From Eledone cirrhosa (lineage: Eukaryota), in contig CAXHJY010000105.1 in the NCBI GenBank assembly GCA_964016885.1, forward strand, positions 248,001 through 312,000: a stretch of 64,000 bases of DNA, read 5' to 3'. Shown piece after piece: positions 1 to 11,100 of this stretch. The translations under genes and the position numbers were made by a program. The notes beneath the pieces are model-generated. The model was not told the DNA's origin. It searched no databases and saw only the letters and a program-made list of their open reading frames with translations. Each line of letters begins with the position of its first letter. Position 1 is the first letter of the stretch.

Positions 1-1397
1 GGAAATGTGTGTGAGAGATAATGTGTGTATGTAAGAGAGAGAGAGGAAATGTGTGTGAGAGATAATGTGTGTATGTAAGAGAGAGAGGGGAAATGTGTGT
101 AAGAGAGAGGGGAAATGTGTGTGAGAGATAATGTGTGTATGTAAGAGAGAGAGGGGAAATGTGTGTGAGACAGAATGTGTGTATGTAAGAGAGAGGGGCA
201 ATGTGTGTGTGAGATAATGTGTGTATGTAATAGAGAGAGGGGAAATGTGTGTGAGAGATAATGTGTGTATGTAAGAGAGAGAGGGGAAATGTGTGTGAGA
301 GATAATGTGTGTATGTAAGAGAGAGAGGGGAAATGTGTGTGAGAGATAATGTGTGTATGTAAGAGAGAGGGGGGAAATGTGTGTAAGAGAGAGGGGAAAT
401 GTGTGTGAGAGATAATGTGTGTATGTAAGAGAGAGAGGGGAAATGTGTGTGAGACAGAATGTGTGTATGTAAGAGAGAGGGGCAATGTGTGTGAGTAAGA
501 GAGAGAGGGGAAATGTGTGTGAGAGAGAATGTGTGTATGTAAGAGAGAGAGGCAATGTGTGTGAGAGACAATGTGTGTATGTAAGAGAGAGAGGGGAAAT
601 GTGTGTGAGAGAGAATGTGTGTATGTAAGAGAGAGAGGGGAAATGTGTGTGAGAGATAATGTGTGTATGTAAGAGAGAGAGGGGAAATGTGTGTGAGAGA
701 TAATGTGTGTATGTAAGAGAGAGAGGGGGAAATGTGTGTGAGACAGAATGTGTGTATGTAAGAGAGAGGGGCAATGTGTGTGTGAGATAATGTGTGTATG
801 TAATAGAGAGAGGGGAAATGTGTGTGAGTGATAATGTGTGTATGTCAGAGAGTGAGGGGAAACGTGTGTGAGAGAGAATGTGTGTATGTAAGAGAGAGAG
901 AGGCAATGTGTGTTTGAGATAATGTGTGCATGTGAGAGAGAGAGGGGAAATGTGTGTGAGAGATAATGTGTGTATGTAAGAGATAGAGGGGAAATGTGTG
1001 TGAGAGAGAATGTGTGTATGTAAGAGAGAGAGGGGAAATGTGTGTGAGATAATGTGTGTATGTAAGAGAGAGAGAGGCAAAGTGTGTGAGAGAGAGTGTG
1101 TGTATGTAAGAGAGAGAGAGGAAATGTGTGTGTGTGAGAATGTGTGTATGTAAGAGAGAGAGGGTAAATGTGTGTGAGAGAGAATGTATGTAAGAGAGAG
1201 AGGGGAAATGTGTGTGAGAGAGAATGTGTGTATGTAAGAGAGAGAGGGGAAATGTGTGAGAGGTAATGTGTGTATGTAAGAGAGGGAGGGGAAATGTGTG
1301 TGTGAGATAATGTGTGTATGTAAGAGAGAGAGGCAATGTGTGTGAGAGAGAGTGTGTGTATGTAAGAGAGAGAGAGGCAATGTGTGTGAGAGATAAT

Positions 1398-1482
1398 TGT
1401 TTCTACTTCAGGCACAAGGCCAGCAATTACCAGTGCATTACTGGTACTTTATTTTATCGACCCCGTAAGGATGAAAGGCAAA
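1398..1482 (-). mobile_element. Short (~85 bp) SINE-like retroposon fragment inserted in the satellite
   Basis: Non-satellite sequence TGTTTCTACTTCAGGCACAAGGCCAGCAATTACCAGTGCATTACTGGTACTTTATTTTATCGACCCCGTAAGGATGAAAGGCAAA, flanked by GTGAGAGATAAT at 1386-1397 and 1483-1494. The reverse complement (TTTGCCTTTCATCCTTACGGGGTCGATAAAATAAAGTACCAGT) resembles, from memory, the conserved central segment of a SINE abundant in octopus genomes. Family and strand are inferred, not searched. Confidence 0.65.
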
Positions 1483-4400
1483 GTGAGAGATAATGTGTGT
1501 TTGTAAGAGAGAGAGAGAGGCCATGTGTGTGAGAGATAATGTGTATATAAGAGAGAGAAGGGCAATGTGTGTGAGAGAGAATGTGTGTATGTAACAGAGA
1601 GAGCGGAAAAGTGTGTGAAAGAGAATGTGTGTATGTAAGAGAGAGAGGCAATGTGTGTGAGAGAGCATGTGTGTATGTAAGAGAGAGAGGCAATGAGTGT
1701 GAGAGAGAATGTGTGTATGTAAGAGAGAGGGGAAATGTGTGTGAGAGATAATGTGTGTATGCAAGAGAGAGGGGAAATGTGTGTGAGAGAGAATGTTTGT
1801 ATGTAAGAGAGAGAGTGGAAATGTGTGTGAGAGAGAATGTGTGTATGTAAGAGAGAGAGGGGAAATGTGTGTGAGAGAGAATCTGTGTATGTAAGAGAGG
1901 GAGGCAATGTGTGTGAGAGATAATGTGTGTATGTAAGAGAGAGAGGGGAAATATGTGTGAGAGAGAATGTGTGTATGTAAGAGAGAGAGGGGAAATATGT
2001 GTGAGAGATAATGTGTGTATGTAAGAGAGAGAGGGGAAATGTGTGTGAGAGAGAATGTGTGTATGTAAGAGAGAGAGGGGAAATGTGTGTGAGAGAGAAT
2101 GTGTGTATGTAAGAGAGAGAGGGGAAATGTGTGTGAGAGATAATGTGTGTATGTAAGAGAGAGGGGGGTAATGTGTGTGAGAGAGAATGTGTGTATGTAA
2201 GAGAGAGAGGGGAAATGTGTGTGAGAGAGAATGTGTGTATGTAAGAGAGAGAGGGGAAATATGTGTGAGAGATAATGTGTGTATGTAAGAGAGAGGGGGG
2301 AAATGTGTGTGAGAGATAATGTGTGTATGTAAGAGAGAGAGGGGAAATGTGTGTGAGAGAGAATGTGTGTATGTAAGAGAGAGAGGGGAAATGTGTGTGA
2401 GAGATAATGTGTGTATGTAAGAGAGAGAGGCAATGTGTGTGAGAGAGAATGTGTGTATGTAAGAGAGAGAGGGGAAATATGTGTGAGAGAGAATGTGTGT
2501 ATGTAAGAGAGAGAGGGGAAATGTGTGTGAGAGAGAATGTGTGTATGTAAGAGAGAGAGGGGAAATGTGTGTGAGAGATAATGTGTGTATGTAAGAGAGA
2601 GAGGCAATGTGTGTGAGAGAGAATGTGTGTATGTAAGAGAGAGAGGCAATGTGTGTATGTAACAGAGAGGGGCAATGTGTGTGAGAGAGAATTTGTGTAT
2701 GTAAGAGAGAGGGGAAATGTGTGTGAGAGATAATGTGTGTATGCAAGAGAGAGAGGCAATGTGTGTGAGAGAGAATGTGTGTATGTAAGAGAGAGAGGGG
2801 AAATATGTGTGAGAGAGAATGTGTGTATGTAAGAGAGAGAGAGGGGAAATGTGTGTGAGAGATAATGTGTGTATGTAAGAGAGAGAGGCAGTGTGTGTGA
2901 GAGATAATGTGTGTATGTAAGAGAGAGAGAGGGGAAATGTGTGTGAGATAATGTGTGTATGTAAGAGAGAGAGGGGAAATGTGGGTGAGAGAGAATGTGT
3001 GTATGTAAGAGAGAGACAGGCAATGTGTGTGAGAGAGAGTGTGTGTATGTAAGAGAGAAAGGGGAAATGTGTGTGAGAGAGAATGTGTGTATGTAAGAAA
3101 GAGAGGGGAAATGTGTGTGTGAGATAATGTGTGTATGTAAGAGAGAGAGGCAATGTGTGTGAGAGAGAATGTGTGTATGTAAGATAGAGAGGGGAAATGT
3201 GTGTGAGAGAGAATGTGTGTATGTAAGAGAGAGAGAGGGGAAATGTGTGTGAGATAATGTGTGTATGTAAGAGAGAGAGGGGAAATGTGTGTGAGAGAGA
3301 ATGTGTGTATGTAAGAGAGAGAGAGGCAATGTGTGTGAGAGAGAGTGTGTGTATGTAAGAGAGAAAGGGGAAATGTGTGTGAGAGAGAATGTGTGTATGT
3401 AAGAAAGAGAGCGGAAATGTGTGTGTGAGATAATGTGTGTATGTAAGAGAGAGAGGCAATGTGTGTGAGAGAGAATGTGTGTATGTAAGAGAGAGAGGGG
3501 AAATGTGTGTGAGAGAGAATGTGTGTATGTAAGAGAGAGACAGGGGAAATGTGTGTGAGATAATGTGTGTATGTAAGAGAGAGAGGGGAAATGAGTGTGA
3601 GAGATAATGTGTGTAAGTGAGAGAGAGAGCCAATGTGTGTGAGAGAATGTGTGTATGTAATAGAGAGAGGGGAAATGTGTGTGAGAGAGAATGTGTGTGA
3701 GAGAGAATGTGTGTGAGAGAGAATGTGTGTGAGAGGGAATGTGTGTATGTAAGAGAGAGAGGGGAAATGTGTGTGAGAGAGAATGTGTGTGAGAGAGAAT
3801 GTGTGTATGTAAGAGAGAGAGGGTAAATGTGTGTGAGAGAGAATGTGTGTATGTAAGAAAGAGAGGGGAAATGTGTGTGAGAGATAATGTGTGTATGTGA
3901 GAGAGAGAGGCAATGTGTGTGAGAGAGAATGTGTGTATGTAAGAGAGAGAGGGGAAATGTGTGTGAGAGAGAATGTGTGTATGTAAGAGAGAGAGGCAAT
4001 GTGTGTGAGAGAGAATGTGTGTATGTAAGAGAGAGAAAGGCAATGTGTGTGAGAGATAATGTGTGTATGTAAGAGAGAGGGGCAATGTGTGTGAGAGATA
4101 ATGTGTGTATGTAAGAGAGAGAAAGGCATTGTGTGTGAGGTATAATGTGTGTATGTAAGAGAGAGAGGCAATGTGTGTGAGAGAGAATGTGTGTATGTGA
4201 GATGAAGGGGCAATGTGTGTGAGAGATAATGTGTGTATGTAAGAGAGAGAAAGGCATTGTGTGTGAGGTATAATGTGTGTATGTAAGAGAGAGAGGCAAT
4301 GTGTGTGAGAGAGAATGTGTGTATGTAAGAGTGGGAGGCAATGTGTGTGAGAGAGAATGTGTGTATGTAAGAGAGGGAGGCAATGTGTGTGAGAGAGAAT

Positions 4401-7400
4401 GTGTGTATGTAAGAGAGAGAGGCAATGTGTGTAAGAGAGGGAGGCAATGTGTGTGAGAGATAATGTGTGTATGTAAGAGAGAGAGAGGCAATGTGTGTGT
4501 GAGATAATGTGTGTATGTAAGAGAGAGAGGGGAAATGTGTGTGAGAGATAATGTGTGTATGTAAGAGAGAGAGCGGAAATGTGTGTGAGAGAGAATGTGT
4601 GTATGTAAGAGAGAGAGGGGAAATGTGTGTGAGAGAGAATGTCTCTATGTAAGAGAGAGAGGAGAAATATGTGTGAGATAATGTGTGTATGTAAGAGAGA
4701 GAGGGGAAATGTGTGTGAGAGATAATGTGTGTATGTAAGAGAGAGAGGGGAAATGTGTGTGAGAGAGAATGTGTGTATGTAAGAGAGAAGGGAAATATGT
4801 GTGAGAGATAATGTGTGTATGTAAGAGATAGAGGGGAAATGTGTGTGTGAGAGAATGTGTGTATGTAAGAGAGAGAGGCGATGTGTGTGTGAGATAATGT
4901 GTGTATGTAAGAGAGAGAGGGGAAATGTGTGTGAGAGATAATGTGTGTATGTAAGAGAGAGAGGGGAATGTGTGTGAGAGATAATGTGTGTATGTAAGAG
5001 AGAGAGGGGCAATGTGTGTGTGAGAGAATGTGTGTATGTAAGAGAGAGAGGCAATGTGTGTGAGAGAGAATGTGTGTATGTAAGAGAGAGAGGGGAAATG
5101 TGTGTGAGAGAGAATGTGTGCATGTAAGAGAGAGAGGAAATGTGTGTGAGAGAGAATGTGTGTATGTAAGAGAGAGAGGCAATGTGTGTGAGTAAGAGAG
5201 AGAGGGGAAATGTGTGTGTGAGAGAATGTGTGTATGTAAGAGAGAGAGCGGAAATGTGTGTGAGAGAGAATGTGTGTATGTAAGAGAGAGAGGGGAAATG
5301 TGTGTGAGAGAGAATGTCTCTATGTAAGAGAGAGAGGAGAAATGTGTGTGAGATAATGTGTGTATGTAAGAGAGAGAGGGGAAATGTGTGTGAGAGATAA
5401 TGTGTGTATGTAAGAGAGAGAGGGGAAATGTGTGTGAGAGAGAATGTGTGTATGTAAGAGAGAAGGGAAATGTGTGTGAGAGATAATGTGTGTATGTAAG
5501 AGATAGAGGGGAAATGTGTGTGTGAGAGAATGTGTGTATGTAAGAGAGAAAGGCGATGTGTGTGTGAGATAATGTGTGTATGTAAGAGAGAGAGGGGAAA
5601 TGTGTGTGAGAGATAATGTGTGTATGTAAGAGAGAGAGGGGAAATGTGTGTGAGAGAGAATCTGTGTATGTAAGAGAGGGAGGCAATGTGTGTGAGAGAG
5701 AATGTGTGTATGTAAGAGAGAGAGGGGAAATGTGTGTGAGAGAGAATGAGTGTATGTAAGAGAGAGAGGCAATGTGTGTGAGAGATAATGTGTGTATGTG
5801 TGAGAGATAATGTGTGTATGTGTGAGAGAGAATGTGTGTTCGTAAGAGAGGGAGGCAATGTGTGTGAGAGATAATGTGTGTATGTAAGAGAGAGAGGCAA
5901 TGTGTGTGAGAGAGAATGTGTGTATGTAAGAGAGAGAGGCAATGTCTGTATGTGAGAGAGAGAGGCAATGTGTGTGAGAGAGAATGTGTGTATGTAAGAG
6001 AGAGAGAGGGGAAATGTGTATGAGAGAGAATGTGTGTATGTAAGAGAGAGAGGGGCAATGTGTGTGAGAGAGAATGTGTGTATGTAAGAGAGAGAGTGGA
6101 AATGTGTGTGAGAGATAATGTGTGTATGTAAGATAGAGAGGCAATGTGTGTGAGAGAGAATGTGTGTATGTAAGAGAGAGAGGGGAAATGTGTGTGTGAG
6201 ATAATGTGTGTATGTAAGAGAGAGAGGGGAAATGTGTGAATGTAAGACAGAGGGGCAATGTGTGTGTGAGATAATGTGTGTATGTAAGAGAGAGATTGGA
6301 AATGTGTGTGAGAGAGAATGTGTGTATGTAAGAGAGAGAGGCAATGTGTGTGAGAGAGAATGTGTGTATGTAAGAGAGAGAGGGGAAATGTGTGTGAGAC
6401 AGAATGTGTGTATGTAAGAGAGAGAGGCAATGTGTGTGTGAGATAATGTGTGTATGTAAGAGAGAGAGAGGGGAAATGTGTGTGAGAGAGAATGTGTGTA
6501 TGTAAGAGATAGAGGGGAAATGTGTGTGAGAGAGAATGTGTGTATGTAAGAGAGAGAGGCAATGTGTGTGTGAGATAATGTGTGTATGTAAGAGAGAGAG
6601 GGGAAATGTGTGTGAGAGATAATGTGTGTATGTAAGAGAGAGAGGGGAAATATGTGTGAGAGAGAATGTGTGTATGTAAGAGATAGAGGGGAAATGTGTG
6701 TGTGAGAGAATGTGTGTATGTAAGAGAGAGAGGCAATGTGTGTGTGAGATAATGTGTTTATGTAAGAGAGAGAGGGGAAATGTGTGTGAGAGAGAATGTG
6801 TGTATGTAAGAGAGAGAGGGGAAATGTGTGTGAGAGAGAATGTGTGTATGTAAGAGAGAGAGGGGAAATCTGTGTGTGAGATAATGTGTGTATGTAAGAG
6901 AGAGAGGGGAAATGTGTGTGTGAGATAATGTGTGTATGTAAGAGAGAGAGGGGAAATGTGTGTGAGAGAGAATGTGTGTATGTAAGAGAGAGGGGCAATG
7001 TGTGTGTGAGATAATGTGTGTATGTAAGAGAGAGAGGCAATGTGTGTTAGAGAGAATGTGTGTATGTAAGAGAGAGAGGGGAAATGTGTGTGAGAGAGAA
7101 TGTGTGTATGTAAGAGAGAGGGGCAATGTGTGTGTGAGATAATGTGTGTATGTAAGAGAGAGAGGGGAAATGTGTGTGAGAGAGAATGTGTGTATGTAAG
7201 AAAGAGAGGGGAAATGTGTGTGTGAGATAATGTGTGTATGTAAGAGAGAGAGGCAATGTGTGTGAGAGAGAATGTGTGTATGTAAGAGAGAGAGGGGAAA
7301 TGTGTGTGAGAGAGAATGTGTGTATGTAAGAGAGGGAGGCAATGTGTGTGAGAGAGAATGATTGTATGTAAGAGAGAGAGGGGAAATGTGTGTGAGAGAG

Positions 7401-8169
7401 GATGTGTGTATGTAAGAGAGAGAGGGGAATGTGTGTGTGAGATAATGTGTGTATGTAAGAGAGAGAGGGGAAATGTGTGTGAGAGAGAATGTGTGTATGT
7501 AAGAGAGAGAGGGGAAATTTGTGTGAGAGAGAAGTGTGTATGTAAGAGAGAGATGGGAAATGTGTGTGAGAGAGAATGTGTGTATGTAAGAGAGAGAGCG
7601 GAAATGTGTGTGAGAGAGAATGTGTGTATGTAAGAGAGAGAGGGGAAATGTGTGTGAGAGAGAATGTGTGTATGTAAGAGAGAGAGGGGAAATGTGTGTG
7701 AGAGAGAATCTGTGTATGTCAGAGAGAGAGGCAATGTGTGTGAGTAAGAGAGAGAGGGGAAATGTGTGTGTGAGAGAATGTGTGTATGTAAGAGAGAGAG
7801 CGGAAATGTGTGTGAGAGAGAATGTGTGTATGTAAGAGAGAGAGGGGAAATGTGTGTGAGAGAGAATGTCTCTATGTAAGAGAGAGAGGAGAAATATGTG
7901 TGAGATAATGTGTGTATGTAAGAGAGAGAGGGGAAATGTGTGTGAGAGATAATGTGTGTATGTAAGAGATAGAGGGGAAATGTGTGTGTGAGAGAATGTG
8001 TGTATGTAAGAGAGAGAGGCGATGTGTGTGTGAGATAATGTGTGTATGTAAGAGAGAGAGGGGAAATGTGTGTGAGAGATAATGTGTGTATGTAAGAGAG
8101 AGAGGGGAATGTGTGTGAGAGATAATGTGTGTATGTAAGAGAGAGAGGGGCAATGTGTGTGTGAGAGAA

Positions 8170-11100
8170 TGTGTGTATGTAAGAGAGAGAGGGGAAATGT
8201 GTGTGAGAGAGAATGTGTGTATGTAAGAGAGAGAGGGGAAATGTTTGTGAGAGAGAATGTGTGTATGTAAGAGAGAGAGGGGAAATGTGTGTGAGAGAGA
8301 ATGTGTGTATGTAAGAGAGAGAGGGGAAATGTGTGTGAGAGAGAATGTGTGTATGTAAGAGAGAGAGGGGAAATGTGTGTGAGAGATAATGTGTGTATGT
8401 AAGAGAGAGAGGGGAAATATGTGTGAGAGAGAATGTGTGTATGTAAGAGAGAGAGGGGAAAGTGTGTGTGAGATAATGTGTGTATGTAAGAGAGAGAGGG
8501 GAAATGTGTGTGAGAGAGAATGTGTTTATGTAAGAGAGAGAGGGGAAATGTGTGTGAGAGAGAATGTGTGTATGTAAGAGAGAGAGGGGAAATGTGTTTG
8601 AGGGAGAATGTGTGTATGTAAGAGAGAGAGGGGAAATGTGTGTGAGAGAGTATGTGTGTATGTAAGAGAGAGAGGCAATGTGTGTGAGTGATAATGTGTG
8701 TATGTGTGAGAGATAATGTGTGTATGTGTGAGAGACAATGTGTGTTCGTAAGAGAGGGAGGCAATGTGTGTGAGAGATAGTGTGTGTATGTAAGAGAGAG
8801 AGGCAATGTGTGTGAGACAGAATGTGTGTATGTAAGAGAGAGTGGCAATGTGTGTATGTAAGAGAGAGAGGCAATGTGTGTGAGAGAGAATGTGTGTATG
8901 TAAGAGAGAGAGGCAATGTGTGTGAGAGAGAATGTGTGTATGTAAGAGAGAGAGAGGGGAAATGTGTGTGAGAGAGAATGTGTGTATGTAAGAGAGAGAG
9001 CGGCAATGTGTGTGAGAGATAATGTGTGTATGTAAGAGAGGAAGGCAATGTGTGTGTGAGATAATGTGTGTATGTAAGAGAGAGAGAGGCAATGTGTGTG
9101 TGAGATAATGTGTGTATGTAAGAGAGAGAGAGGAAATGTGTGTGTGAGATAATGTGTGTATGTAAGAGAGAGAGGCAATGTGTGTGAGAGAAAACGTGTG
9201 TATGTAAGAGAGAGAGGGGATGTGTGTGTGAGAGAGAATGTGTGTATGTAAGAGAGAGAGGCAATGTGTGTGAGAGAGAATGTGTGTATGTAAGAGAGAG
9301 GGGGGAAATGTGTGTGAGAGAGAATGTGTGTATGTAAGAGAGAGAGGGGAAATGTGTGTGTGAGATAATGTGTGTATGTAAGAGAGAGAGGGGAAATGTG
9401 TGTGTGAGATAATGTGTGTATGTAAGAGAGAGAGGGGAAATGTGTGTGTGAGAGTATGTGTGTATGTAAGAGAGAGAGGCAATGTGTGTGAGTGATAATG
9501 TGTGTATGTGTGAGAGATAATGTGTGTATGTGTGAGAGACAATGTGTGTTCGTAAGAGAGGGAGGCAATGTGTGTGAGAGATAATGTGTGTATGTAAGAG
9601 AGAGAGGCAATGTGTGTGAGAGAGAATGTGTGTATGTAAGAGAGAGAGGCAATGTGTGTATGTAAGAGAGAGAGGCAATGTGTGTGAGAGAGAATGTGTG
9701 TATGTAAGAGAGAGAGGCAATGTGTGTATGTAACAGAGAGAGAGGGGAAATGTGTGTGAGAGAGAATGTGTGTATGTAAGAGAGAGAGCGGCAATGTGTG
9801 TGAGAGATAATGTGTGTATGTAAGAGGGAGAGAGAGGCAATGTGTGTGTGAGATAATGTGTGTATGTAAGAGAGAGAGAGGAAATGTGTGTGTGAGATAA
9901 TGTGTGTATGTAAGAGAGAGAGGCAATGTGTGTGAGAGAAAACGTGTGTATGTAAGAGAGAGAGGGGAAGTGTGTGTGAGAGAGAATGTGTGTATGTAAG
10001 AGAGAGAGGCAATGTGTGTGAGAGAGAATGTGTGTATGTAAGAGAGAGGGGGGAAATGTGTGTGAGAGAGAATGTGTGTATGTAAGAGAGAGAGGGGAAA
10101 TGTGTGTGTGAGATAATGTGTGTATGTAAGAGAGAGAGGGGAAATGTGTGTGAGAGAGAATGTGTGTATGTAAGAGAGAGAGGGGAAATGTGTGTGTGAG
10201 ATAATGTGTGTATGTAAGAGAGAGAGGGGAAATGTGTGTGTGAGATAATGTGTGTATGTAATAGAGAGAGGCAATGTGTGTGAGAGAGAATGTGTGTATA
10301 TAAGAGAGAGAGGGGAAATGTGTGTGGAGAGAATGTGTGTATGTAAGAGAGAGAGGGGAAATGTGTGTGCGAGATAATGTGTGTATGTAAGAGAGGGAGG
10401 GGAAATGTGTGTGAGAGAGAATGTGTGTATGTAAGAGAGAGAGGCAATGTGTGTGTGAGAGAATGTATGTATGTAAGAGAGAGAGCGGCAATGGGTGTGT
10501 GAGATAATGTGTGTATGTAAGAGAGAGAGGGGAAATGTGTGTGAGAGAGAATGTGTGTATGTAAGCGAGAGAGGGGAAATGTGTGTGAGAGATAATGTGT
10601 GTATGTAAGAGAGAGAGGGGAAATGTGTGTGAGAGAGAATGTGTGTATGTAAGAGAGAGAGGGGAAATGTGTGTGAGAGAGAATGTGTGTATGTAAGAGA
10701 GAGAGGGGAAATGTGTGTGAGAGAGAATGTGTGTATGTAAGAGAGAGAGGGGAAATGTCTGTGAGAGAGAATGTGTGTATGTAAGAGAGAGAGGGGAAAT
10801 ATGTGTGAGAGAGAATGTGTGTATGTAAGAGAGAGAGGGGAAATGTGTGTGAGAGAGAATGTGTGTATGTAAGAGAGAGAGGGGGGAAATGTGTGTGAGA
10901 GAGAATGTGTGTATGTAAGAGAGAGAGGGGAAATGTGTGTGAGAGAGAATGTGTGTATGTAAGAGAGAGAGGGGAAATGTGTGTGAGAGAGAATGTGTGT
11001 ATGTAAGAGAGAGAGGGGAAATGTCTGTGAGAGAGAATGTGTGTATGTAAGAGAGAGAGGGGAAATGTGTGTGAGAGAGAATGTGTGTATGTAAGAGAGA

